This document shows, one piece after another, positions 10,792 to 19,578 of a stretch of DNA of 64,000 bases (positions are counted from its first letter, which is position 1; each line of letters starts with the position of its first letter). The notes under the pieces are model-generated. The model saw only the letters and a program-made list of their open reading frames with translations. It was not told where the DNA came from and searched no databases. Position numbers and translations under genes: made by a program. Origin of the DNA: Myxococcota bacterium (lineage in GTDB: Bacteria; Myxococcota_A; SURF-8); contig OZ223209.1 of NCBI GenBank assembly GCA_965140415.1, forward strand, positions 5,312,001 through 5,376,000, in the 5' to 3' direction.

Positions 10792-11194
10792 ACCCTTTAA
10801 ACCGAGAAAACCGGCGGCGAGCAGTGGCTCAGCGGCGGATATCGTGCAGCGCATCAAGCAACAACGGGAGGAAGAACGCACGGAGTTCGACTACCGCTCC
10901 TTAAGTCTGCGTATCCACGGTCACATCTGCGCCCGCTGCGGGCGCGAATTTTCCGGCAAGGATCTGCGCCTGCTCACCGTACACCACAAGGATGGCAACC
11001 ATCACAACAACCCTCGCGACGGCAGCAACTGGGAAAACCTCTGCGTTTATTGCCATGAGGATATTCACTCGCGCGAGATTCTGGCCGGTCAGATCGACAC
11101 CGACGGCGACACCCTGACCCGCTCCGACTCCGGCGATTCTGAAGGCATGGTCAGCCTGGCCGACAAACTAAAGGCAGCACTGGAGAAGAAGTAA
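10784..11194 (+). CDS. YajD-like HNH nuclease
   Basis: CARCGREF...LTVHHKDGNHHNNPRDGSNWENLCVYCHEDIH. TTG start after GGAGG, overlapping the upstream stop. Confidence 0.8.
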   Translation: MGRPFKPRKPAASSGSAADIVQRIKQQREEERTEFDYRSLSLRIHGHICARCGREFSGKDLRLLTVHHKDGNHHNNPRDGSNWENLCVYCHEDIHSREILAGQIDTDGDTLTRSDSGDSEGMVSLADKLKAALEKK

Positions 11195-11438
11195 GAGGAG
11201 AATTTACCTTACTCCCTAAAGGAAATAAGGGAGTCCACAAGGAGAGTTCACGAGGGGAGTTAATGACACAAGAACTTCATCCCACCGTTCTTCAAACTGA
11301 GCGACACAGAACGGCTTCTTCTCCGAAACTCCAACAATCGACTCAGGGGATCCAAGCCCCTTTAAGAGTTCCACTATTTTCCATCAAGAATCTTGACAAG
11401 CCTGAAAGATGCTGCTAAGAATATCGCTCGATTTGAGC

Positions 11439-11514
11439 GCCAACGTAGCTCAGCTGGTAGAGCAGCTGATTCGTAATCAGCAGGTCAGCGGTTCGAGTCC
11501 GCTCGTTGGCTCCA
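11439..11514 (+). tRNA. tRNA-Thr (anticodon CGT)
   Basis: GCCAACG/CGTTGGC acceptor stem, D arm GCTCAGCTGGTAGAGC, anticodon arm GCTGA-TTCGTAA-TCAGC, GGTTCGAGTCC T arm, encoded CCA; 76 nt. Confidence 0.97.
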
Positions 11515-11521
11515 TGATTTC

Positions 11522-11555
11522 AAGCACTTACGGTTCTAGCTGTAAGTGCTTTTTT
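11522..11555 (+). terminator. Hairpin with T-tract directly after the tRNA
   Basis: AAGCACTTACGG-TTCTAG-CTGTAAGTGCTT-TTTT. Confidence 0.7.
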
Positions 11556-11558
11556 CTT

Positions 11559-11580
11559 TCCGTCGTGCATCCGTCGTACA
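11559..11580. repeat. Tandem 11-bp direct repeat (possible integrase arm-type sites)
   Basis: TCCGTCGTGCA TCCGTCGTACA, one mismatch, 45 bp from the tRNA 3' end. Confidence 0.5.
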
Positions 11581-11797
11581 GAGGCGGAAAATTAGGGCAA
11601 AAAACTTACAGCACGATATATGGTAGGCGTTCACGCTCATTCGTACGTTCTTGTACGTTCATTCCCCCAAACCCGCCCCGATTGGGAGCAACCCCCGTCT
11701 TCCGCATTAGGATCCCTATCGATATTCGATAAGCCTCGCCAAATACGAAGACCCCGAAATCGCCTTGCCTCGCCTGGATCCGCAAAGTTCCATCCCT

Positions 11798-12658
11798 TCA
11801 CATCGCCTTCCAGGTTGCGATGTACTCCGCCACACCAGCATGGATGTCCGCTGGGCTGTCCATCGTCCAGGCTCCCGACAAGCCCAATGCCTTCGCCGCA
11901 GCTTCCAGGTGCTGCATGGCGATGCCCATGTCGATCATCTGCAGGTCCGTGGAGGGCACCAGCCGTCGGTAACGTGGCGTGCGGGCCAGGTAGAGGTGTA
12001 GGTTCTCTCCGTCCATCACGATCCGCCATGGCTGCTTGTTCGAGGCGGAAGGGCCGATGCGCACCATCTCAAGCACCTCGGCGTACTCCCCGGCTCTCTC
12101 ATGGCTCAGCGGGTACGTGAAGTCGCTGTCGAAGAATAGCTCGCCAAAGGGCTTGCGGTTATTCGCCTTGGCGCCCCAGCGGATGAGCCGCTTCACTGTC
12201 CCTTTCCGCTTGGCGGGAACCCCGAGCGCCAGGATGGCGGGCACCCAGCTCCGATCATCCAGCCGCAACACCTGCGCGTATTCCTTGCGGCTGAAGGTGC
12301 CGCCCAGCCAGCACGTGCCCAGGCCCAGGCACGTCATCTCAAGGACGATCTGCTCCATGACATAGCCGAAGTCCACCTCGGCCATTTTGCCATGTTTCAG
12401 CGCCCCGGCCACGAAGTACGGCGCGCCCGAAATAAAGCCGTAGGTGCCGAGCCGGACCTTTTCGTCTTGTTGCGCCTTGCTGCGCTCGATCAGGGCGAAG
12501 CGGACCTGGTGGCCGAAGGGGCCGGATCCCGGATCGACAAGGATCGCCTCGACCTTATGGCGGACACCCGGATTCAAGGGCTGATCGGCGTAGGTGCGGA
12601 CGGATCGGCGGTTGCGGATGGTGTCGAGCGTGGAAATGGTATCAGTTCCTTCTTGCAT
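11798..12658 (-). CDS. Nitroreductase family protein (two-domain)
   Basis: RRSVRTY, GLGTCWLGG, GPSASNKQPWR, IDMGIAMQH; AAGGAG RBS. Confidence 0.85.
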   Translation of the reverse strand: MQEGTDTISTLDTIRNRRSVRTYADQPLNPGVRHKVEAILVDPGSGPFGHQVRFALIERSKAQQDEKVRLGTYGFISGAPYFVAGALKHGKMAEVDFGYVMEQIVLEMTCLGLGTCWLGGTFSRKEYAQVLRLDDRSWVPAILALGVPAKRKGTVKRLIRWGAKANNRKPFGELFFDSDFTYPLSHERAGEYAEVLEMVRIGPSASNKQPWRIVMDGENLHLYLARTPRYRRLVPSTDLQMIDMGIAMQHLEAAAKALGLSGAWTMDSPADIHAGVAEYIATWKAM

Positions 12659-12670
12659 GAATTGTCTCCT

Positions 12671-13444
12671 TCACATCACCCCCAGCACCCAGCCTTCCAT
12701 CGTTTCCGCGATATCGAGTTCCGCTTCCGTCAACTGCGGATGAAAGTACGCCTCTAGGCGACCGGTAAGGTCCATTTCGGATAACCAGCGCGCCACCGCG
12801 TAGGCGTCGTGTTCGTGCGGATTGCGATCCGTTTTGGAATATCGGCGGCTGAACATAGATGGATAGATTTCCGCGATGACCGATTTGTCCTCCGGCGGCG
12901 TCCAACCATCAAAGGGCCAGAAATGGACCCGGTCGCCGATTTCCTTTCGGATGTGTGCCAACCAGGGGATGCCCGCCCAGCTCGATTTCCCCACCATGCC
13001 GGGACCGTCAAAGCGAAACACGCTCTTAGCGCTCGGTGTCCAGGTTTCAGTGATTCGTAGCTCGTCGGGAAAACCACCTGGTGGCGGTGAATCATAGACT
13101 TCCCAAAGCATATCGACGTAAACGGCTTCATGCGCGGGCCACAGGCGGGGAAAGACTTCCAGCAACTGGTTCCAATCGCGCACGCCCTGGCGTTTGAACC
13201 AGGCAAGAGGCAAAGAAAAGCAATGGTCGATACCAACAATGATCCGTTCGGAGGACAGGCGCTCGACCAGCCACTCAGCTATGATCCGTCGGGACCATTT
13301 CTGGGGGCCGTGTGGACGAGCGTCCGGAGTAGAGACGCGCCGGGGTGCCTCGCCTTTGTCGGATTGGTAGACAGCCAGTCCTTTCAGGCGGCTTTCAGCC
13401 GTTTCCGCCCCGGAGTAGTCAATGCCGATGTATGAGTCGTACAT
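12671..13444 (-). CDS. DUF429-like predicted nuclease
   Basis: YIGIDYSGA, VGIDHCFSLP, HFWPFDGW, AEIYP, HEHDAY. Start placed at MYDSY. Confidence 0.55.
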   Translation of the reverse strand: MYDSYIGIDYSGAETAESRLKGLAVYQSDKGEAPRRVSTPDARPHGPQKWSRRIIAEWLVERLSSERIIVGIDHCFSLPLAWFKRQGVRDWNQLLEVFPRLWPAHEAVYVDMLWEVYDSPPPGGFPDELRITETWTPSAKSVFRFDGPGMVGKSSWAGIPWLAHIRKEIGDRVHFWPFDGWTPPEDKSVIAEIYPSMFSRRYSKTDRNPHEHDAYAVARWLSEMDLTGRLEAYFHPQLTEAELDIAETMEGWVLGVM

Positions 13445-13448
13445 GGTT

Positions 13449-15497
13449 TCACCCAAATTCGTGGCGTCCGTTTGACCGGTTTCGAGCAAAAAGCGTCTTC
13501 GCAAATGCGGCAATCGAACCACCAGACAATGCGGTTTTATCCATCAACTGATAGGTTGTTCCATCCTCCAGCCAAATCATACCTGTTGCCGTCTCCAGGC
13601 ACATGCTTGGCGTGCTCTCACCAGATAGAAACCAGAAGCGATAAGCCGGGATGCCGAGCAGGTCGTCTGGCAGGTGATGTTCCAAGCGACGCCCTGCGTC
13701 CGGGAAGGATTGGAAATCTCTCCGTACCCCGCAGCCCTCATCGCCGGAGCTGTCGAAATAGCCGTTGTGGCAATCAACTCGAGAGGCAGTGGTAAGCGCC
13801 CGTATGAGGTAGGCGGCAATGAATTCGTAGACGTAAACAGCCGGTGTTGGCATTGGCGTCGGTCCATCCGGCTTGTGGCCGATCCAGCGCAAACATGCCT
13901 CCGGTAGATTCTCCCTGTTTGCGACAAGCTCCATCCAGTCCCGACGTCGGTTTAGCGTCCGGTTACCGTTCAGTGCGGAAAAGACATGGAAGCCGCCCTT
14001 GAGATTGAGATCGGCAATGTGTTGGTTGTTCCGATCATGAAGGGATAGGCAATGATACTGCCCGCCACCGGGATAGGTTTCGATCAGCTTTAGATCAGGC
14101 CGCATTCGGAGAATCACCGCCATGGCCGAAAAGGCATGGGCCATTAGAAAGGTTGGATTACTGAAGTTGCGCCGCTGTTGCTCTTGACTCATGGCCAGAA
14201 GGTTGCGCAATGACGCACGAAGCGCTTCTCGCGCTTCTATATCTCCCAGAGGATGGCTGATGTTGACTTCTCGCACCAGGATACGGCGCGCCGAATCTTC
14301 CTCTTCACGTCTCTGATGGCGGTAGGTGGTCGCATGTGTTGTGTTGTCAGACAGCTTCGGACTTAGCGGATAAAGCAGTGTGACGCGTCCGACATCGTAC
14401 TCCCGTCCATAGGCGTACATCTGGTAGATGTCGCTCTGGGATACGCCCCCATGTGGCTGACTGGAATCGAGTTCCTTCCACTTCGTGTCGATCAGTTCCG
14501 AGATCGTTCTTTCGCGGAAAACACCGATGTCGGGACACAAGCGGAATTCACCTCTGCCGTTCCGGCGAAGTAGATGCTTCGACGCCAGCTGCGGTTCGAT
14601 GGTGATGTTCGGATCATCGACGGCTGCCTTCAATTCCTCGGCAATGAAGCGTTCGAAGACGACATTCATGTCGAACATAAGCGAATAGACTTCGCGCCCG
14701 CCGGTGTCCCGCTCGCCGGACGTTGCGCCGATGATCAGCGTCGCCAGATTGAGCAGCGGCTCGAAGCGCTTCAGGTTTCGGTCGAGGGGAAGATGCTCCC
14801 CGTTCATCAATTCAACAGGCTCGTCCGCCACATCGTCGAAAAGTGCGACTAATTGAGTTGCACGGCGCGAGACGTCGTTGCTGAAGACCTGCCGCTCACA
14901 GATGCGTAAGGCTGATTTAAGGCGTCGCGAGAAACGATTGTCGGACTCAAATTCGTCTGCCGCCGTGAAGAAACGTTCCTTGTGAACCAGGTTGTGGCGG
15001 ATTTGCTCCTGGAAAAGCAGCTTGCCGCGCAGGTACGGGCGATTCTCTTCCTCCCTTACATATCGTCGAATCGGTCCTCGCGTCCATTCGCGGAACAATT
15101 CCCGCACGTAAAGATCCATGAAAGCTACGATCAGCGGGTTATCCGAATGCGCCAGTGCCGCGATGTGAGCAGGATGAACCGGCACCAGTCCGGCTGTGGC
15201 GATCATGTGCAGCAAATTTTCCATTGAGCCGCACAGGCCGTCTGGATCATTCGGACGGTCGATTTTCGGAACGACATCGACACAAGTCGATCCCACACCT
15301 AACGAGCCGACCCATTGGGTCGCCTTCAAGCTGTCCAAACCGAGCTTGAAATAATCGATACCTATACGTTTCTGGTAGCGATCGATAGCATAGGCCTGTT
15401 GTCGGCTTAGCGAGCGTTCATTCACATGGAATCCGTCCGAGACAATGATTGTCTCGTGCTCGCGGATCAAGATGCGTTGGCCTCGTCCCATCACCAT
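13449..15497 (-). CDS. mcrC: McrC-family nuclease subunit fused to a ~247-aa C-terminal domain
   Basis: WVG...PKI, LRGKL, FDMNVVFERFI, PDI...IDTKWK, SQSDIYQMYAYG, LLYP. The extra domain starts near M436 (IETYPGGGQYHCL). Confidence 0.8.
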   Translation of the reverse strand: MVMGRGQRILIREHETIIVSDGFHVNERSLSRQQAYAIDRYQKRIGIDYFKLGLDSLKATQWVGSLGVGSTCVDVVPKIDRPNDPDGLCGSMENLLHMIATAGLVPVHPAHIAALAHSDNPLIVAFMDLYVRELFREWTRGPIRRYVREEENRPYLRGKLLFQEQIRHNLVHKERFFTAADEFESDNRFSRRLKSALRICERQVFSNDVSRRATQLVALFDDVADEPVELMNGEHLPLDRNLKRFEPLLNLATLIIGATSGERDTGGREVYSLMFDMNVVFERFIAEELKAAVDDPNITIEPQLASKHLLRRNGRGEFRLCPDIGVFRERTISELIDTKWKELDSSQPHGGVSQSDIYQMYAYGREYDVGRVTLLYPLSPKLSDNTTHATTYRHQRREEEDSARRILVREVNISHPLGDIEAREALRASLRNLLAMSQEQQRRNFSNPTFLMAHAFSAMAVILRMRPDLKLIETYPGGGQYHCLSLHDRNNQHIADLNLKGGFHVFSALNGNRTLNRRRDWMELVANRENLPEACLRWIGHKPDGPTPMPTPAVYVYEFIAAYLIRALTTASRVDCHNGYFDSSGDEGCGVRRDFQSFPDAGRRLEHHLPDDLLGIPAYRFWFLSGESTPSMCLETATGMIWLEDGTTYQLMDKTALSGGSIAAFAKTLFARNRSNGRHEFG

Positions 15498-15503
15498 GGC
15501 TGA

Positions 15504-17786
15504 TTACTCATAGATCTTGCGCAGGCTCTGGGCCGTCAAGTCGTCGGTTACTTTGTACGTGCGCTGCAGCGATACTTGGTTATTGGGGAAACGCAACGCT
15601 GCGGCATCCGGGACCGTGTGGGCGATGATGGCGTTCGCCGGGTCACGCAGAGCGGGAAGGTGATCCCGATCCTTCTGATCGCCGAGATCGTTGAAGATCA
15701 GCTGCAACTTCTCCCAATCCTCGTAGAAGTATTCCTGCAAAAGCGGGATGATGCGGTCGAGGAACGTTTGCTTTAATTGCTCGAAGCTTTCGATACCGAT
15801 AAAGTAGGAATGCCCGATCTGGTGATCCCGATCCATCAGAACCTCGATGCGGGCATTCATCGCGTCCAGCAATTTCTTGAGATCGATGGATTCACCACCA
15901 TCGGGCGCGTCGATTAAGCGCTTTCCTTTGACGTCATCGATATCGAAAAGATCAGAATCTGGCATCAGTTCGACGAAGGTGAAGCGCCTCCGGAGCGCCG
16001 TATCCATCAGGGCGATGGATCGATCAGCGGTGTTCATGGTGCCGATGACGTACAGATTGTCGGGAACGCCGAAAAGCGGCGCGCCGGGGTTTTGGCTGTG
16101 TGAGTATGGCAGTTTCACGCGCAGGCCATCGGTCCACTCGCCCTTATCTGCGTTCCAGGTCATGCGTTTGTCCGGCTCCAGGAGCGTAATCAATTCGCCC
16201 AGCACTTTGGAGATGTTGGCCCGGTTGATTTCATCGATAAAGAGAGAGTAGTTGTTGTTCGGATCTCGAACGGCGTCCTTGACGATCTGCTTGAAGATGC
16301 CGTCCATGACGCGGTAGCTGATGCCGCCTCCAAGCTCATCATCTTCCTCTGCAACTGGTTTGATGCCTTCCACGAAATCCTCGTAACTGTAAGACTGATG
16401 GAAGGTGATCATTTCAAAGCGGTTGTCCGTTTCCTCCGTCGGCTCGTATTCCTCCAATTCTTGCTGAATTTCCAACAATTCCGGTGCTTCCTGCTCGATC
16501 TTCTCATCGATTACACGCCAGGAACCATCGGCTTCCTTGAAGAAAATCTGGGGCTGGTTGCGGCGATTGTACTTTACATTCTTGCAATCATCAACCGTGT
16601 GAAGCATTAGTTGAGCCCATAGAGTGTTGGGAATATTGCTCGAATTCGCCTGTTTCACCCGTGCTTGGGTGTAGGGATGCTCATGGATGTCTTTCACCTT
16701 GCAGGTTCCCATATCCAATACGGCCAAGGCAATGGCCTGCCACCAGGTGAGCGTGGAGATACGCTGTTCGGCGTATTTCTCCTTAGTGATGGCCGTACCA
16801 ACGCTACGGAACTTCGGCATGTACTCCGTCTGTAGCCTGTACGTCTTCCCCGTTCCCGGCGGGCCGTAAAGGATGAGATTGAGCGGAAGATCGATGTTTT
16901 CCGGTTCTACGATTGGACCATCGCCCAAGTAAGCCAGCAAGGAGTCTTCTGAATGGTATGGCGGCTTTCCTTCCGCCGCTTCGTAAGAGATAACCGGGAA
17001 ATCGGAGCCTATCTTTTTCCGCACGGTTTCCAACAGGTTTCGGTAATCCTCGATCGTCTTAATGGTGGGATCGATACCACGTTTGCGAAGGTAGGACGCT
17101 ACCGGCCCATCCACCGGCAGGAAATGCTCCGGATCGAGCCAGAAAAAGCCCATGGTAAGCTTGCCAACACCAACTGAAAGGATCCCCAAACATTGCTGAA
17201 AGAGTTCGTTGGAGATATTTCCCGGATCGCCGGTGATACATGCTTCGGCAATGTCCCACAGGTTGTCGATATCATTGGGACCGCGATGCTCCGCCTGGCC
17301 GAAAAAACGACTGCCGATCTGATTGACGCTCGGAATACCATACAAATCCGTGGGCAGGTCTTCCTCGATTCCGAGCCGCTCCTTGAAAATCGTCAGCATG
17401 GCCAATCGCTTGTTGAAGTCCGAACCAGACCCGCGATTGAATGCTCCGATGAAAGTGAACGGGTCGATGATGTCGAGTGTCTGAATGCTTCCGTCTAATT
17501 GACGGTCGTCCATTTTCGTGACCTTGTGGCCCGCCTCGCGCATCTCCGAGAGGATGCCGATCAGTTCCGGCTGCCGATCCCGGTACGCCATCACCTTGCG
17601 CGCCTGCTCCTGATAGAACGGCACCCAGGAGAAATAGGTTTTACCCTCGGCAGAGCCGCGTGGATTTTTTTTACGCCACGTCTCGCCCTCCGGACCTTTC
17701 CAGAGCCTACTGATTTCTCTAAACGGGAGTCCTTGGAGACGCTTTTCCCGTGCGAATAAATTCCAACTGCTCAGAGGTTTGCTCAT
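15504..17786 (-). CDS. mcrB: McrB-family AAA+ GTPase
   Basis: [63 protein letters not shown]. Confidence 0.9.
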   Translation of the reverse strand: MSKPLSSWNLFAREKRLQGLPFREISRLWKGPEGETWRKKNPRGSAEGKTYFSWVPFYQEQARKVMAYRDRQPELIGILSEMREAGHKVTKMDDRQLDGSIQTLDIIDPFTFIGAFNRGSGSDFNKRLAMLTIFKERLGIEEDLPTDLYGIPSVNQIGSRFFGQAEHRGPNDIDNLWDIAEACITGDPGNISNELFQQCLGILSVGVGKLTMGFFWLDPEHFLPVDGPVASYLRKRGIDPTIKTIEDYRNLLETVRKKIGSDFPVISYEAAEGKPPYHSEDSLLAYLGDGPIVEPENIDLPLNLILYGPPGTGKTYRLQTEYMPKFRSVGTAITKEKYAEQRISTLTWWQAIALAVLDMGTCKVKDIHEHPYTQARVKQANSSNIPNTLWAQLMLHTVDDCKNVKYNRRNQPQIFFKEADGSWRVIDEKIEQEAPELLEIQQELEEYEPTEETDNRFEMITFHQSYSYEDFVEGIKPVAEEDDELGGGISYRVMDGIFKQIVKDAVRDPNNNYSLFIDEINRANISKVLGELITLLEPDKRMTWNADKGEWTDGLRVKLPYSHSQNPGAPLFGVPDNLYVIGTMNTADRSIALMDTALRRRFTFVELMPDSDLFDIDDVKGKRLIDAPDGGESIDLKKLLDAMNARIEVLMDRDHQIGHSYFIGIESFEQLKQTFLDRIIPLLQEYFYEDWEKLQLIFNDLGDQKDRDHLPALRDPANAIIAHTVPDAAALRFPNNQVSLQRTYKVTDDLTAQSLRKIYE

Positions 17787-17813
17787 GTTTTCCTCACCTG
17801 CTATCGGTTTATC

Positions 17814-18542
17814 CTAAAATACGATCCCTCCCGGCCCATACGCCAGCACCGTTTCTTTGTGTTTGAAAGCGTACTTTCCGGCCTTGTATCGGTCTACATG
17901 TCGCACGATGCGCATTGGCATCACATCCGTGAAGCTGCAAAAAGTCACCGTGATCGTACCACCCTTACGCGACACGTTCGGTCGCCAATCGTCCGGTTTC
18001 TCTTTTTCCCAGTGCCACGCTTCAATCATTTCCGGATCGTAGCCGAAAAAGAAGTTTTTCTTGTCCATTTGAAAGGGATCCGCGTCGAAGACGATGTGTT
18101 CGCCCCAGGAAATGCCATGCCAGATCGCACCGAATTCGGCCAGCTCACGCGCCAGGATGGACGCTTCGAGGTAAGAGCGCAATGAGCCGTCACCGTCAAT
18201 GGCCTGCATATAGTCGTCCAGCGCGCCTGGAACGATGGGCGGTTCGAGAAAAACATCCTCCCGTCGCTCGCATGTGTCGGGATCGGGCAGTAGTATAGAC
18301 TCCGGCAAAGCGTAAACGATGGCGTTGCCGTTGTATCCAGATCGGAATTGACAGGCTCGCAGGGCGTAGCCCTCGCGTACATGCAGCTTCGGAAACGCAT
18401 CGACAAGCATCATTGGGCTGGTGGTGCTCTCAGACCAACCCTGCGGACCGTCCATGTCGATCTCGGCCAGATGGTTGACCTTATTCCGCCAGCGCTTGAT
18501 CATCGTGGCGGTGAAGGTTTCTATGTTTGTTCCAGACTTCAT
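17814..18542 (-). CDS. Hypothetical protein
   Basis: 242-aa ORF in operon orientation with short gaps; no family recognised. Confidence 0.7.
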   Translation of the reverse strand: MKSGTNIETFTATMIKRWRNKVNHLAEIDMDGPQGWSESTTSPMMLVDAFPKLHVREGYALRACQFRSGYNGNAIVYALPESILLPDPDTCERREDVFLEPPIVPGALDDYMQAIDGDGSLRSYLEASILARELAEFGAIWHGISWGEHIVFDADPFQMDKKNFFFGYDPEMIEAWHWEKEKPDDWRPNVSRKGGTITVTFCSFTDVMPMRIVRHVDRYKAGKYAFKHKETVLAYGPGGIVF

Positions 18543-18573
18543 AACTGTATTTTATCTCTGTTTTTCTCCATCA

Positions 18574-19062
18574 TCATGCTTTACCGGTCGTACTGTCATT
18601 CACTTCCCGCAGGATCTCCAGAACCAGTCGATTGGGTCTGGCATATGGATGATCCTTCTTGAAATGCTCACTATCCAGTCCGTATTTCTCTACGATAAAG
18701 AGGCAAATAGCCGTTGAGCGGGATACGCCTGCATTGCAATTTACAACAACGGTTTCAACCCTGCTTTCGACTTCCTCAAGGAACGAAATGACTCGCCTGG
18801 CCATCTTTGCATCAAAATACACAAAGTTATCGTCAGTGTTTCCAAACAGCGGCGAAACATCGTCGAATGAAAGGAATAAAGAATCGACAAGATTCTCCGG
18901 TGGATGCAAAGCATCTACCTCGTCTAGTAAATGAGGTTCCGAGCTTCCCTTCACCGAAATCAGCGCCCAAGGCGTATCGAGTCGAAATCGTATTGCTCCC
19001 GTTTCGCCTTGTAACACAGCGAGCGCCTGATCCAGCGAAATGGCAAATGTTCGATTGATCAT
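18574..19062 (-). CDS. Cys-dependent (tyrosine/dual-specificity) phosphatase-like protein
   Basis: LSFDD loop, VNCNAGVSRS (CX5R), C-terminal PNRLV. Confidence 0.75.
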   Translation of the reverse strand: MINRTFAISLDQALAVLQGETGAIRFRLDTPWALISVKGSSEPHLLDEVDALHPPENLVDSLFLSFDDVSPLFGNTDDNFVYFDAKMARRVISFLEEVESRVETVVVNCNAGVSRSTAICLFIVEKYGLDSEHFKKDHPYARPNRLVLEILREVNDSTTGKA

Positions 19063-19086
19063 TGAATCCTTAGGAAAATTTAGCTA

Positions 19087-19575
19087 TCAGTTCTCACTCG
19101 TAAATTCTTTGTCCAAATTCCAACGCTTACCGGAACATTCCGGCAAAAGCCTTCTATAATCACCCAAATTAAAAACCCTTACATTTTGACAGTCCTCGGG
19201 CAATTCATTCACTGAAGCAGAGTTGTAGGCAGGACCGTGGCTGAAAATGAGAAGTCCTTCAACTCGTTTAAGTAAAGCAGGGTCTTCTCCCTTGTTAGGA
19301 TTGATTGGCGTGATTTCGCCAAAATATACTTGAAGATTGCGTGTATCCGATGTCCACTCATGTGGTTTTTTCAAAATTCCATGCTCTTTAAGTCGATCTT
19401 TGAGATCACGCTTGGTTTTTCCGATGTAAAGAAGGACATTGTCTCCATAAACAGGATGGCAGCCATATATTTGATATATTCCGTTTGTATTTGTTTTTTC
19501 GTCGTTCTCTGGAACATCCCTGAACTGAGCGGGCTCCCAACTAATTGTAACTTCGATCTCGTTTTCGTTTGTCAT
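19087..19575 (-). CDS. GIY-YIG nuclease-like protein
   Basis: GIYQIY...LLYIGKT...RLKEH...VEGLLI...PAYN. Confidence 0.65.
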   Translation of the reverse strand: MTNENEIEVTISWEPAQFRDVPENDEKTNTNGIYQIYGCHPVYGDNVLLYIGKTKRDLKDRLKEHGILKKPHEWTSDTRNLQVYFGEITPINPNKGEDPALLKRVEGLLIFSHGPAYNSASVNELPEDCQNVRVFNLGDYRRLLPECSGKRWNLDKEFTSEN

Positions 19576-19578
19576 CTT

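Noticed and set aside
11409-11732. 107-aa ORF
   Set aside because: Runs through the tRNA and its terminator.
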